A stretch of 64,000 nucleotides of DNA from Octopus sinensis (taxonomy: Eukaryota), in NCBI RefSeq assembly GCF_006345805.1, contig NC_042997.1, forward strand, positions 144,956,001 to 145,020,000, in the 5' to 3' direction. Shown piece after piece: positions 12,946-26,583 of this stretch (the first letter of the stretch is position 1; each line of letters begins with the position of its first letter). A program made the position numbers and the translations under genes. The notes beneath the pieces were generated by a model, which searched no databases, was not told the origin of the DNA, and saw only the letters and a list, made by a program, of their open reading frames with translations.

Positions 12946-13218
12946 ATGATGAACTCCCCCGTCGTTAGTCGATGTATGAGGGTTCGGCAATTTTTTACCG
13001 AACAGTCACACAGATGATGATTTGTTTATAAGCTCATTCCTTCATCAGATTAATATTACCTGTACAAGTGAAACGGATGCCACATGCCAGATGTCGAAAT
13101 GATCGCAGAGCAACGTGAAATGAATCGCTTTGCACAAGAACACAACGCAACGCTCAGTCAGTGAATCGAACCCACGATCTCACAATCGTGAGTGCAACAC
13201 CTTAACCACTAAACCATG
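12946..13218 (-). mobile_element. Family C SINE
   Basis: Homologous to 1174-1408. Confidence 0.75.
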
Positions 13219-13249
13219 ATATATATATATATATATATATCATGGACTC

Positions 13250-13450
13250 TCCCGTCGTGTGTTTGTGTCTGTGCTTATTTACACCCACCATCGCCTGACA
13301 AACGATGTTGCTGTCTTTACGTCCACGTAACAGAGCGGTTCAGCAAAAGAACCGATACAATAAGTAGTAGACTTACAAACAATAAGTCGACTAAAAGGCG
13401 GTGCTTCAGCACGGTCACAGTCAAATGACTGAAACAAGTAAGAAAATAAA
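13250..13450 (+). mobile_element. Family B SINE, 3' half
   Basis: Tail GGCGGTGCTTCAGCACGGTCACAGTCAAATGACTGAAACAAGTAAG. Confidence 0.75.
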
Positions 13451-13881
13451 AGAATATATATAGATATGGTGATGCAAACAGCAAAAATAGAACTCAAAAT
13501 AGACATTCTCATCATGTTGAACCGTTAATCCCAACATATTTTTCTGTCACCGTTTTATTAGTATTATAATTTTTTTACATTCTCTCTTCATTATTTTTCT
13601 CTCAACCCTTTCTGTCGGCTCGAAGCGTCAAAATCTTTTCCATTCTTTATGATTGTCAAACTAATACACCTGCTTGTTGTTCATTTACCTGTCTTCTTTT
13701 TTCTTTTCTATAAATTTGAACTATATATATATATTTATATATATATATATATATATAATAATAATATTAAGGAATGGCCTTAATAGGCCATTCAACTCAC
13801 TAAAACGAGCAGCCAAACTCAAACCGCTAAATAGTAGTAATTCAGAAATCAAAGGAAAATTTAAAACATTTACCCTTATCA

Positions 13882-13989
13882 TCTTTGGACTATGCATAGT
13901 TTCGACGTACTTTTTGGCAAACCAGCTTAATTAAATTAAATTTAATTTAATCAAGTCAATTTACCACTGGCCCGTCTCATCGGCAAAGA
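13882..13989 (-). ncRNA. Type I hammerhead motif with extended stem II and variant core CCGAUGA
   Basis: Minus strand TCTTTG-CCGATGA-GACG-[65 nt including palindrome TTAAATTAAATTTAATTTAA]-CGTC-GAAA-CTATGCATAG-TC-CAAAGA; stem I 6 bp, GUC site. Confidence 0.75.
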
Positions 13990-14101
13990 AGCCAGGGGAA
14001 TATATATTCCACGAGGCAACAGCATCGATGCCTTGGGAATATATACTCTAAATGTTCTTTGCCGATGAGCCGGGCCAGTGGTAAATTGACTTGATTAAAT
14101 T
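13944..14101. repeat. 158-bp fold-back (47-bp arms, 1 mismatch, partly paired interior)
   Basis: 13944-13990 versus 14055-14101; duplicates the 5' half of the hammerhead in inverted orientation. Confidence 0.9.
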
Positions 14102-14649
14102 TCTGCCTATAGACTGATGAAGCATGAGGGATACAGAACATGACACAGCTTAAGAGCAGTGGTGAGAAACAAAGTCACAACATTTCAGCCGATCACTGGA
14201 GTAGAGTGAAATCCCATAATTTGGCTACTGACATGGAAGAGTTGCTGTTCAATATCAGACCTATTTAAGGGCGCTTGATTAACTGAATTATTGGATCGTC
14301 AGATAAAAACCTCACGACATTTCAATATGTCTGTTTACGTTGTGAGTTCAAATTAAACCTCGGTTGACTCCGCCTTTGTAGGATTAATTCAAGTATAAGG
14401 TCAAAAATAGGGTCGATAGAATTGATGATACCAGTGGCTCTTCATACCATCAAAGTAGATGGGTTTATACCACTTATTTTTACTTCAGTGCTTCACTGGT
14501 TCTTTATTTTACCGACTCCGAAAGAACGAGCGACAAAGTTGACCCCGGCAGTATTTGAGCTAACAACCTAAAGAACTAGAAGAACTGTCGGTAACCATTT
14601 TGCCCGATTCGCCAGCGATTCTGCCAGTTCACAGCCTTTTCTACAATTT

Positions 14650-14712
<63 letters not shown>

Positions 14713-14984
14713 TGATGATGATGATAGTTGTTATTATAATGATAATAACGAGACACAGTAGAAAGACCATGATATGATTTGTAATAAACAGAGATTGAAT
14801 CTGTTCATTGAAATGAATAATATTTCGACAGTATATCTGTCTTCTTCGTGTTTGAAATTTAAAAAGGAAATATGCAGAAATACAGAAATTCAAAATTTGA
14901 ACTGAAATCTCCTAAGTTCTTTTTTAGACAAAATGACGTAATCAGTTTTCCCCTTTTCATAAGCGGTACTAAGTAACACAATGA

Positions 14985-15237
14985 AGTTTAGACAAAAGTT
15001 TTATCACTAGTCGAGGGGATGCACCATGGGTACACCTATGGCAGTTAACTTTGCTAACGTCTTCATGATAAAATTTGAGACAGTCAATAAAAACATTGAA
15101 ACCCCTGTGCGGACAAGTGCTAATACTCCGGTTAAAGTTCATTGCTGATGTCCTTTTTTGTTTGTAGTTCAGTTAAGTTTTTGAATTTCTGTGACTGTTT
15201 TGAAAAAACTATGGCTTTAAGTCCAAAATAAATTTCT
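14985..15237 (+). pseudogene. Penelope-like RT fragment, cut by the Gypsy LTR
   Basis: FYH*SRGCTMGTPMAVNFANVFMIKFE, then LKFIADV in another frame, matching the PLE RT GxxMG..AP..AN..M..E and RYIDD region. Confidence 0.65.
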
Positions 15238-18200
15238 TGTTGTGGCGAGAGTCATTGACACCTCTGTGAGAATGGAAGAATGGATTAGCCGAACTCTTAT
15301 AAAAGTAGCGTATTGATTGAAACTGAGAAAAGTCGCCGGAGTCGTTGAGAGTTCGTGGAAGCTGTAGGAAGTCTTTGAGATCTTTGAAAGTTTGCATTCA
15401 TTGTAGCATTGTGTTTAGTGGAGTAGTTTGAAATACGTTCTTTGAAGACAGTTGTGTCTATCCCGCTTCGTGAAGTCTGTATACTTAACGTATAGAAGGA
15501 CATAAAAGTGGCAACAAGGATATCCACTTATAAAAGTGACAACGAGTTTATTCGAAGCTTGCAACAGACGTTAACATTTTCTTTTGTTACAAAATCAAAG
15601 AAAGATTAATTAACATGGAAGACTTACTAGCCTCCTTTGGTACAGTTGCAACAGCAACAGCAGCAACAACAGTTACAGCAGCAATTACAACAACAACAAC
15701 AACAACAATACCAACTGTTGCTGGAATTAATGTCAAAGTCTAAAAATACTTTAGGTTCGTTCTCACCAGACGGCGGAGCAAACGCAATTGCAGAATTTTG
15801 TTATAATCCGGAAGAAGTATGACTTTTTCTGCATATTTCCGGAGATATGAAGAAGTCTTCAAAGAGGAATGCCAAAATTGGATGGACAAGGAAAAGGTAT
15901 GACTACTTTTAAGAAAATTATCCCCTGCCGAACATGAAAAATATTGTAACTGCATTCTGCCAAATCCATGTGAAATTTGTTTCAATGAAACAAGTAAATT
16001 GTTATCGAAAATTTTCAGCGAGAGAAGTTCTCTGTTCAATACTCGTTAGGAGCGTTTGAATTTAGTTATATGAAGATGATGAAGATTTCGTCACCTATGC
16101 CGGAATCGTCAATAGTGAGTGCGAAAAATTCAAACTAAAAGAACTAACCCCGGACACGTTCAAATGTGTGATTTTTGTTCCAGGATTAACTGCAAGCAAA
16201 GATGCAGAGATACGTGTCCGGATATTGACAAAATTGGAACAGAACCATAATTTGACTCTGCAGGCAGTGACAGAGGATTGTTAGAGAATTATTAATCTTC
16301 GACATGACGCAAATAAAATCGATGAAAAGGATTATTCTCACATACATGCGTGTCCGCCTGTAACGGATAAGAAAAAAGAAATACGAAGATCAAGCCCCAA
16401 TTCATACTGTGGGTGCGGAGGTCTACATTTTAGAGTGAAGCAAAAAAGGTCGAACGAAAAACATTCTGGAAAGGTTTTCTCAACAGAACTTCTAGGCGAG
16501 GCTCACAAAAGAAAGTTTGTGTACATAAAAATCAATAATGTGAACGTGAAGTTACATCTAGATACAGACAGTGATATTACAATTATTAACACTGACACAT
16601 GGAGAAAAATAGGAAAACCTATATTAATGGAAACTTCAAAACTTGCGAAGGGTATCTTAGAAAAAAAAATGAAATATTTGGGGGAAATGATAACTTAGGC
16701 TACATTTCGGGGTAAAACCATGAAAGCAGAAGTTTTTGTGTTAAATAATGCGTCAAACTTATCTGGTACTGACTGGATGGAATTCCTTAATTTATGGGAC
16801 CCCCCCCCCCTAAATCTCTTCTGTACAAATATAAATGATTTTTCCTCTAATAAAAACAAGTCGTCAGACGATTGAAAGAAAAAGTAAAAAATATTTTTCC
16901 TGAAGTTCTGTCCAATAAATTAGGTTTGTGTACCAAGACAGAGGCGTGTTTTCAAATAAAAGAAAACACCGTACCAGTTTTTAAACCAACACAAATAGTA
17001 CCCTTCGCAGCAATGAAGCAAGTCAATGAAGAACTAGAGAGACTAGAAAAAACTGGAGTTATCCAAAAAGTGGTATACTCTAAATGGGCAGCACCAACGA
17101 TGTATATTAAGAAAGAGAATAATAAAATCAGAGCGTGCGCTGATTTTTCCACTGGTTTAAACGAATGTCTTAAAATGTGTCACTATCCGCTACCTACTCC
17201 GGAGGATATTTTTGAGAAGTTAAACAGTGGAAAGATATTTTCTAAGTTGGATCTCGCTGACGTGTACCTACAAATTAGAGTAGACGATCAATACCCGAAA
17301 TACCTAACCGTCAACACACATAAAGGACTGTATAAATATAACAGGTTACCATTTGGTTTAAAAGTCGCACCAATGATTTTTCAACAGATTATGGATGCAA
17401 TGTTAGCGGACTCTGAATTTGCAATTCGATATCTGGATGATATACTCATTAAAAGCGAATCCAGGGATCAACACGTCGAGCACGTAAAATATGTATTTGA
17501 AAAAAATTAAGGATTACGGTGAAGAAAAGTGTGAAATATTTTTTACCGGAAATAAGATATTTAGAACAAGTTATTGACAGAAATGGACGATGACCTGACG
17601 CATCGAGGGCAGACGCAATTAAAAATATGCCTCCCCCAACTAATGTAGTGACCTTACAAGCATTTTTAGGGGTGGCAAATTATAACCAAAATTATATCCC
17701 AAATATGCATAAGGTTAGGGCTCCACTGAATAATTTGCTGGAAAAAGATATGAAATAGAATTGGTCAGAAAATTGTCAAAAGCGTTTGACAAAATTTTTA
17801 AAGTATTTGATTTGTCATTAGCTCACTTCCATCCTGCAGCGGAGATTGTTGTAGCTCCAGACGCTTCTGAGTATGGTATAGGAGCAATAATGCTACATAA
17901 ATATAAAGATGGCAGCATGAAGGCGGTGGTTCATGCTTCACGTTCTCTGATATTAACTTCCAACGGAAGTCAATCTCAAAAAGGGGAGATGTTGTGGCGA
18001 GAGTAACTGACACTCCTGTGGAATTGGAAGAATGGACTAACCGAACTCTTATAAAAAGTAACGTATTGGTTGAGACCGAGAGAAGTCATAGGAGTCGTTG
18101 AGAGTTCGTGGAGGTCGTTGAGATCCTTGAGAGTTTGTATTTATCGTAGTATCGTGTTTAGTGGAGTAATTTGAAGTACGTCGTTAGAAGACAGTTGTGT

Positions 18201-18336
18201 CTGTCCCCGCTTTGTGAAACCTTTATATCCAACGTATAGAAGGATATAAAAGTGGCGACGAGGATATCCACTTATAAAAGTGGTGACGAAAATATCCACT
18301 TATAAAAGTGCCGACGAGGATATCTGCTTATAAAAC
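15238..18336 (+). mobile_element. Decayed Ty3/Gypsy LTR retrotransposon (Mag/K02A2.6-like), integrase deleted
   Basis: LTRs 15238-15502 and 17990-18246 both begin TGTTGTGGCGAGAG; polypurine tract AAAAAGGGGAGA before the 3' LTR; PBS-like TGGCGACGAGGAT; gag, protease, RT and RNase H remnants. Confidence 0.9.
16435..17960 (+). pseudogene. Gypsy pol remnant (protease, RT, RNase H) with stops and frameshifts
   Basis: LHLDTDSD (protease), SKWAAP, FSKLDLADVY, YNRLPFG, YLDDILI (RT), DASEYGIGA (RNase H). Confidence 0.9.
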
Positions 18337-18419
18337 TTGTGGAGTTTTTCAAAAACTGGCATCGAATTTAAGACGCAAGAGTTAAGCTTTCAGAATGAAA
18401 TAACTATGTTACAAACCCA

Positions 18420-19672
18420 CGTTATCCAATATTTATCTCATACAAAACCACCACAATTGAACCGGTCAAGTATCTTGAAACATCTAACGACTGGATGCTA
18501 AAGCTCATTGAAAACCACGAGAGACGTAAGAAGCCCATTCTGTCTTGAAAGAGAGCCCCAAATTTGCTTTTGAGTTCATGCACAATATTCAGATTGAATA
18601 GCATGATGGACGTGTGGCAACTGTTGTTGCAAAGGTGAAATCAAAGGCAAAGTAAAAAGCGTTTGAACAATTGGCTGCTTGGTGGAAACAAAAGCTCTGC
18701 ATGGCAAATATGTGACCCGTAGCAAATAAGCTGATGTAGACCATAAGCTCACTCATCAGTGGCTACGGAACTCAGGGCTAAAGGCAGAGAGCGAAGGCTT
18801 TCTCTTAGCTGCTCATGATCAGAGCTTACTGACCCGGAACTACAAAGCCAATGTGATGAAAAATGAAGTAGATCCAAAGTGCCGATACGGCAATGATGAG
18901 ATTGAAACAGTGGACCACCTAATACCTGGATGTAAGGTTTTAGCACCTGTAGAATACAAATCAAGACATGACAGAGTTGGTCAATATCTACACTGAATAA
19001 TGTGTCGGCGCTATAAAACCAAAACTGCTGACAAATGGTACAAGCACCACCATGATGCTATAACGGAGGGAGAAAATGTAGCGATTCTTTGGGACTTTCC
19101 AGTACATACAGACCAGACCATCGAAGCTACTAAAACCAGATAATGTTGTGAAAGACCAAAACAATAAAATCTGTTTATTGATTGACATGAGCATACCTTG
19201 TGATCATAATATCTCGGTAAAAGAATATATAACTATAAAGATTTGCTGATTGAAATCGAAAAAAAGGTGGTATCTCAAGACGGTTACAATACCAGTGATT
19301 GTAGGAGCATTTGGAATGGTCAAAAAAGGAACAGAAAATTATTTGAGGATGATCCCTGGCTTACCATCCATGCAAGAAGTGCAAAAGATTGTTTTAACTG
19401 GTATGTCACACGTATTGAGAAGAGCATTGTCGCAGTGAGTTTTCTTTCCTTTCCCACCCCCCTTATTTTCTTTGTTTTCTTCTATTTTCACTTGTTTCCC
19501 CTATTTAAAAAAATCCGTTTTGGTTCGTTCTTTCTTTCTTCCCCTTTTCTTCATGACTTTGTAAATGAACGATCTGAAGTGTTTATTTTAATAGCCTGCC
19601 AATGTATACAGTGAGTTTCTTTGCCCTAGGCATCGGAAAGACACTCGGCAAGAAATGGAAACAAAAAAGAAG
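18420..19672 (+). mobile_element. R4/Dong-clade 5'-truncated element
   Basis: ALHGKY, EGFLLAAHDQSL, KCRY...ETVDHL, ILWDFPVHTD, IPVIVGAFG; 3' UTR shared with 7495-8045; (AAT)n tail. Confidence 0.85.
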
Positions 19673-19714
<42 letters not shown>

Positions 19715-21356
19715 TTATCGATTTTAATTTGCCTTCTTTCATCATAATGAATCTTCACAGCAACGTAGTTCGCCTGAATTTTATGACAAATAATAAACCA
19801 GCAAAATGGTAAGCACAACAGAACGTTATCATGTAATATACTCACACGTACCAAAATCATTCATGTTATTGATTAATCTCTGAATCAATCCTGATCGAGC
19901 TAATCTATGATCAAAGGAGTTTTAGTTGTGGTCATCCTATCATCTTGTTTGTTTTGTGTGTGTTTGTGTGTGTGTGTGTATTTTCAGATATTGTCTATTT
20001 TAGACTGCATTGATCAACAGACGGCAGGATGCGATTTGAGGAAGATTTAGCTGCTAATTTTAGCAGGTCGAGATTTTTGTTTTAAGAAGTTATGCTTATT
20101 ATTGGTTCATCTCTCTCGCCAGTTTTAACTTCGAAATATTAGTACTGAACATTAGCAATGAACAACATCCATCCCATTATAATAAATGTCTTTCTTTATT
20201 TTTATATCTTCTTTCTAACTAACTATTCAACTAACAAAATCAATATTATCGTTGAATGTTTTAAAACCAGACAATCTTTTTTTTTCAATTTTGCAATTAT
20301 ATTTGTACTAACGAGAAAGATTAAACATGGAGATAGTTTATCTCTGCTAAAAACCGCGTTCAATAATCTCTGAATGTAGTAAACATGTTAATTCAGTTTG
20401 AGGATCGAAGAGTTGAGTCGACCTTTGTTGATTAGTAAGTTTGTTAGTGTTTGGTGAAATAAATTTACATCTGTCTGTATGCTTGACTATAAGTCTGTCT
20501 GTATGTATGTTTGTATGCCTGCCTGTCTGTCTGTCTGTGTATCTGTCTGCCTGTCTGTCTGTTGTTGTTGTTTAGTTCCAATTCAGCCTCAATCTGTCGG
20601 ATCAATTATCAAAGACGTTCGAACTACAATCATCATGACTTTTTTCCAGGCATGGTATTTCTTGGACTACACTACTCTGTGTGTCTTCTATGTATTTAGG
20701 TCTTTAGAGTGTAATCGAAACAGATTTAGCTGCTAATTTTACCGAGTCGAGCGACTGACTCAATGATTGATTGGGACGACAGCGCAGAAAGCTTTATATA
20801 AAATGTTCTCATTATATTTTGATAGATTTTCCCTCTTTGATGGAAGCACAAACCATTTTGTTAGATACATAATATGATCAGTGTAATGCAGTTGTTGTTG
20901 TTATTGGTGGTGGTGGTGGTGGTGTTGGTGGTAGTGCTATAGTTGGTGGTAGTGCTATAGGTGGTGGTGGTGGTGATGATGATGCTGTTGTAGGTGGTGG
21001 TGGTCGAATCTATTTTTTTGTCTCGTCTCGATCGTTTACACATGGGTCGACACATTGTCTTCTCTGCACGAAATCGAGAGAGAGAGTGGGGGAGGGAGGG
21101 AGGGAGGGAAACAGTGATATCATTTGTAATCATTCTAATACGACAAATTAAAGGAACTGGATTGCGACTGATCCTTGAACAAGTGAATAACGGTGTGGCT
21201 ATTCATCCTCACAAAACTTCAACCTTCAGAGGAAATTTGAGGGCCAGTTTATGAATTTTGCAAATCATATTGATGGATACAATGTACTGAATATGCTTCC
21301 TGATTTTTTCCTCTGTTTTTTTTTTTGCGTGTGTTAAGAGGAATGCATAAAATATA

Positions 21357-21750
21357 TATTTCTTTATTGCCCACAAAGGGTTAAACATAGAGTGGACAAA
21401 CAAGGACAGACAAAGGGATTAAGTCTATTACATCGACCCCAGTGCGAAACTGGTACTTTATTTATCGACCCCGAAAGGATGAAAGACAAAGTCAAAATCG
21501 AACACAGGTGAAATACCTATTTCTTTACTACCCACAAGGGTCTAAACAGAGAGGGGACAAACAAGGACAGACAAACGGATTAAGTCGATTATATCGACCC
21601 CAGTGCGTAACTGGTACTTATTTAATCGACCCCGAAAGGATCAAAGGCAAAGTCGACCTCGGCAGAATTTGAACTCAGAACGTAGCGGCAGACAAAATAC
21701 TGGTAAGCATTTTGCCCGAGGTGCTAACGGTTCTGCCAGCTCACCGCCTT
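21357..21750 (-). mobile_element. Family A SINE, dimeric/multimeric
   Basis: Body repeated; junction GAAATAG|GTATTTC on the minus strand. Confidence 0.85.
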
Positions 21751-23011
21751 AAGGAATGTGTAAAATGTAGCAGTCAACTGAAGAAGCGTTGTGTCTCTAC
21801 CCCATGCACAAGACGAGTCATGAGCTTATTGTTACACAAAATAAATAGCAGCGTTTGAAGAACCCACTGATAGCTTGTGCGGCACTTAATGATGATAAGC
21901 AGTTGAAACGTGGAATAAGTTGGTTTGCTGTGGAGATAAAAAATAGTTTGACATTTCTTGCAGTGTCCTCTGCTGGTGGTGGGGTCGATGTTTTCGATAA
22001 TGCTGAATGAATAGATCGGTTGTAGTGAGAGATGGAAATAAAAGAGAAAACGTCAAAGATTGAAATGAGGAGGAAGAAAATAGTTAAGAATGGGTAAGTA
22101 AGAGGTCACAATGTATTATTGGTGTTATAGTATTAGTTATAAAATTATAAGTCCTTTTATTGTAATAGCTTCTTTATAGGCCCCTTCCTTTCCTTCTCGG
22201 TTGTCCCTTACGCTATGGAGGTCTCAAGCCTTGCCTGGAGCAAATTCGTATATATAAAAAAACAATAGAAATAAAATAAAAATTGAGAAAAACGTTATGA
22301 ATTCTGAAAAACGGGAAAGAGGGAAGTTAAAGTTCAGGAGAAGGTAAGACAACGAGGAAATGATTTGATTCTTAACAAGGACCCTAAAAAATTTGAGAAC
22401 TGTAGGTAAGTGTATCTCGATCTGTGTTTCTCTATACTTTTATTGTGTATTTCCTTTCTTTACCAATTCACCCCACCCGGTTCCAAAACTTCACATAGGA
22501 TAAGGAAATGTGTACATAACACGTTTTATTGCCTAACATTAACATCCTCTCATTAAACATTAGCGATCTTAAAATCAACATAAAGGAAAGTATATCTAGT
22601 AAAATAAACAGCACGAATAATGATAAAAAAAAAGTATTTTTCAACCTAAAATCAATTTCTACATTGGAATCAGCAAATTTAATTCCAGAAATCTAAAATT
22701 TCGCTCCAGGTCTAAAAATATCTCGTGGTTAAGAATTGCAGATCTAGATTGATTAGTGAAGATTTAAACGGTTTCAAATTTTGGCAAATGGCCAGCAATA
22801 TTAGGAGAGGGTTAAGTCGGTTACATCGACTCTACCGCTCGATTGGTACGTATTTTATTGACTCCAAAAATATCAAAGGTAAATTCGATCTCGACGGAAT
22901 TTGAACTCCGACTGTAAAGTCGGGAGAAATGCCAATAAGCATTTTGTCCGATGTACTCGCCGCCTCAGGGAATGATTAAATGACAATTACACTTCTCATC
23001 TAATAAACAGA

Positions 23012-23365
23012 CTGGGCTGTGTGGTAAGATGTTTGCTTCCCGACCATATGGTTCTGAGTTCAGTCCCTCTGCGTGGCAGCTTGGGCTAATGTCTTCTACT
23101 ATAACCTCGAGCCGACCAAATACTTGTGAACGGATTTGGTAGACGAGAACTAAAAGAATACAGTTGTGTGTGTGTGTGGGGGGGTTGTGTTGTGTCTGTG
23201 TTTGTCACCCATCACCACTTGGCAACCGGTGTTGGTGTGTTTATGTCCCCGCAACTTAACGGTTCGGCAAAAGAGATAAGTATCAGGCTTTAAAGAAAAA
23301 CAAATCTTTCAAGGCAGTGCCCCAGCATGGCCACAGTCTAATAACTGAAACAAGTAAATGATAAA
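23012..23365 (+). mobile_element. Family B (CORE-type) tRNA-derived SINE
   Basis: GCTGTGTGGTAAG...GTTCAGTCCC...CTTGGG...TCTTCTACTATA, plus the LINE-like tail. Confidence 0.8.
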
Positions 23366-23962
23366 AGCTAAGTAAGCTGACGACTATCTATCACATCTTC
23401 TCCAGGTGTGATTCAAGCCACATAAAACAATCTCTTATAAAATATATAAAATATCATTTCCAAATAACTAAACTCCCTATTGGAATAAATCTGAATAGAC
23501 TATACACCGTTGAACAAAAACAAAAATTGATATTATTGATTCAAAGGAATATTGTGTGATGAAAAGTGATGAAAAGATTAGTACACAAAGATTATTTATA
23601 AACGAAGCCTTATCACAGAAACATCCTATTCGAGTTCAGCAGTGTTGCTGATAGACCATAGATGCAATACGATTTCTGCCTTTTGATGTTCCTATAAAGC
23701 AACAAACATACTTTTCACTGAACAGATATATAGTTTTATGAATTTATCGTTTAGCTATCGACGCAGAACTGACAACGTGGTTCAGGATTTCATATCATAG
23801 GTGTGTATTTATAGGTTCGATCCATTGGGTGATAGCTTGGATTAGTAGCTTTATTATTTATTTTTAACACAGAGCTCGCATAAAAAAATACACATAAATG
23901 GATCGTGCATGTGTATATGTATATGCGTGTTTCTACACACACACGCATACATACGCACACAC

Positions 23963-24009
<47 letters not shown>

Positions 24010-24015
24010 ATATAT

Positions 24016-24062
<47 letters not shown>

Positions 24063-25213
24063 ATATATTATATATATACACATAATTATATGTGTTGTGT
24101 GTCAACATAATGTAATAAAGTGTTCCCTTGAAGAACAGTTGTGGATCTGCATTCAATTGAATACCCAATGCAGAGGATGCAAACAACCATAATGGCAAAA
24201 TGTGCGTAGGGTACATATGGTATAAACTGTATCTTGTGTTTATCACACTTTTTCACACACACACACACACGCACGCACGCACATACATACTCTCTCTCAC
24301 ACACACATATAGGTATAGATATAAATATACATAGATGTGGTGGAGAGCAAAAATCCGGTGTTTTAGAACGATGTTACTTGCGATATTTTGTTCCGTATCT
24401 CATTGTTCTCACTCTCTTGTTATTCTCTTTAATTGCTACCGATTGCGATAAAAATAAATGTCGTTGGCATTATAATAAATTATGATAAGCAGTATTATAA
24501 TAAGCAATATAGCTTACTTCTAGGTTAGCTAGAAGTTATAAAAAAAAATTCTCTAACACACATCTCTGAATAATGATTATTATTTAGTGTATATCTATAT
24601 CTGTGTGTTTACATTCGTCCTTGCATCTATCTATGCATCCATGAAAGATGAAGCTAGCAGCCATTGGGATTTATTGATCTTTCCAGTTCCCTATATACGT
24701 ACACACACACACCAACACGCACTCACACATACAAACATGTGTGTGTATATATGCATGTGTGTTTATTTATATATATATATACACATACACACATTTACAT
24801 ATATACATTTATGTGTGTGTGACCAACATGTGTCCCCGCTACCGAAACGGTAATTATTTCTACGCCAGCTGCTATGTTGTTGTTGTTTTGTCTCATTTGG
24901 TCTAAAGTCGTATGACAACCACCGTTATATATATTTTGTTTATTCATTACTGTTTTCAATTTCGTTTTCGTCTCTTGTATTTACATCCGTCTTGTGCGTT
25001 CACATTCCTGTCTTCTACCAAGAAATCTAATGCTTACAGCTTAGTTTTTTTCTTGGGGCTGGCCGAGTTGGAGCAAATATCAGAATTGAACAGCCGAAAT
25101 TTGCTATGATGATTCGGTGTCTGACTGAAGATTGAAGGCTTCGTATGATTTGTCTGTGTTCTGTGTTCGTCCTTTCCTGTATTTCACGTTCATTATATAT
25201 AAAAACATTCATT

Positions 25214-25272
<59 letters not shown>

Positions 25273-25365
25273 TATATATGTGTGTGTGTGTGTATGTGTA
25301 TGTCTTATATTTGCGCATGTGTGTGGTGTGCACATGTGTGTACATATATATATATTGTATAAAGG

Positions 25366-25407
<42 letters not shown>

Positions 25408-25790
25408 GACGAATGCTACTAGTATTTAGCCCGAGGAAACATATGGTGTGGTGTGTGTGTGTGTGCGTGTGTGTGTGTGTATGTGTGTGTGTGTGTGTGT
25501 GCGTGTGTGTGTGCGTGCGTGAGTGCGTGTATGTGAATGTGCATGGATGTGAATGCGTATAATTCAAAGAAACACTGAAATCAGACTTGAGTCAATAGTT
25601 TTATTTATCATGAAATATTTTCACATTAAATCGCTGTTTCTCGTAGAAAAACTGCATTATTATATATTTTCATCTTTTAAGGAGAAATAAAATTTTATCG
25701 TAAGTCTAGGAAAAGATAACCATCAACACAACAACAACAAATGCAACAACGTACCTAATATACATATACATACGCACACAATCATAACAT

Positions 25791-25836
<46 letters not shown>

Positions 25837-25915
25837 CATACATATGTATATATATGTGTGTGTATAAGTACTGTGAGAATATATACACACATATATATAT
25901 GTTTATATGAATATA

Positions 25916-25946
<31 letters not shown>

Positions 25947-26002
25947 GTATTATATACATATGTGTGTGTGTATATAATGTATAAATATAAATATAAGTAT
26001 AA

Positions 26003-26041
<39 letters not shown>

Positions 26042-26056
26042 TATATACATACATAT

Positions 26057-26093
<37 letters not shown>

Positions 26094-26583
26094 CACGCAT
26101 TGTGAAAAATTTTACGTCAAAAGATAAGATATTGAATAACTATTGCCACGTAAACTGTTCTAGAATGTCGGCGGGAATTTTTTATTAAGCATCCAGTTTT
26201 TATTTGAACTTAAGCACAATATGTAACAGTATACGCAGCCGTTTTATTGTTTGTTATAAATTATGATTGATTACTTCAAGAGATGTGATATTTTCCTGTT
26301 CTTTGTGTTAGCTCTTCTATTCTATATATTTTCCTCTCTTTGTATTAAAATTTTTATTTTTTTATTTTTCGGCGATAGAGAAAAAAAACAGGTTTTTAAA
26401 TTCCGTGCAAAAATACGACTTTTCATCAGAATTTAAACAACATCGATTACGTAATTGTATGAATGTATTTGCACGTGTATATATATATGTGTATGTATGT
26501 ATGTATGTATTATGTAATGGGGAATCAAAAGATTCTGGAAATTGATTTTGTAGCACACTTCCACATGTATCAGGTAAACAAGG

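Noticed and set aside
14113-14180. CTGATGA...GAAAC-AAA-GTC on the plus strand
   Set aside because: Core words are present but neither stem I nor stem II pairs
18247-18336. CRISPR-like look of the 28-bp repeats (also the 43-bp repeats at 50350-50480)
   Set aside because: No unique spacers and no cas genes; these are tandem repeats within retroelements
23012-23090. tRNA-like heads of SINEs as functional tRNA genes
   Set aside because: No complete cloverleaf; they continue directly into SINE body and tail sequence
25050-25130. GGCTG...CAGCC-GAAA half-hammerhead and TGATGA...CTGA C/D-box-like pair
   Set aside because: No CUGANGA for a ribozyme; only 8 nt between the boxes, too short for a snoRNA
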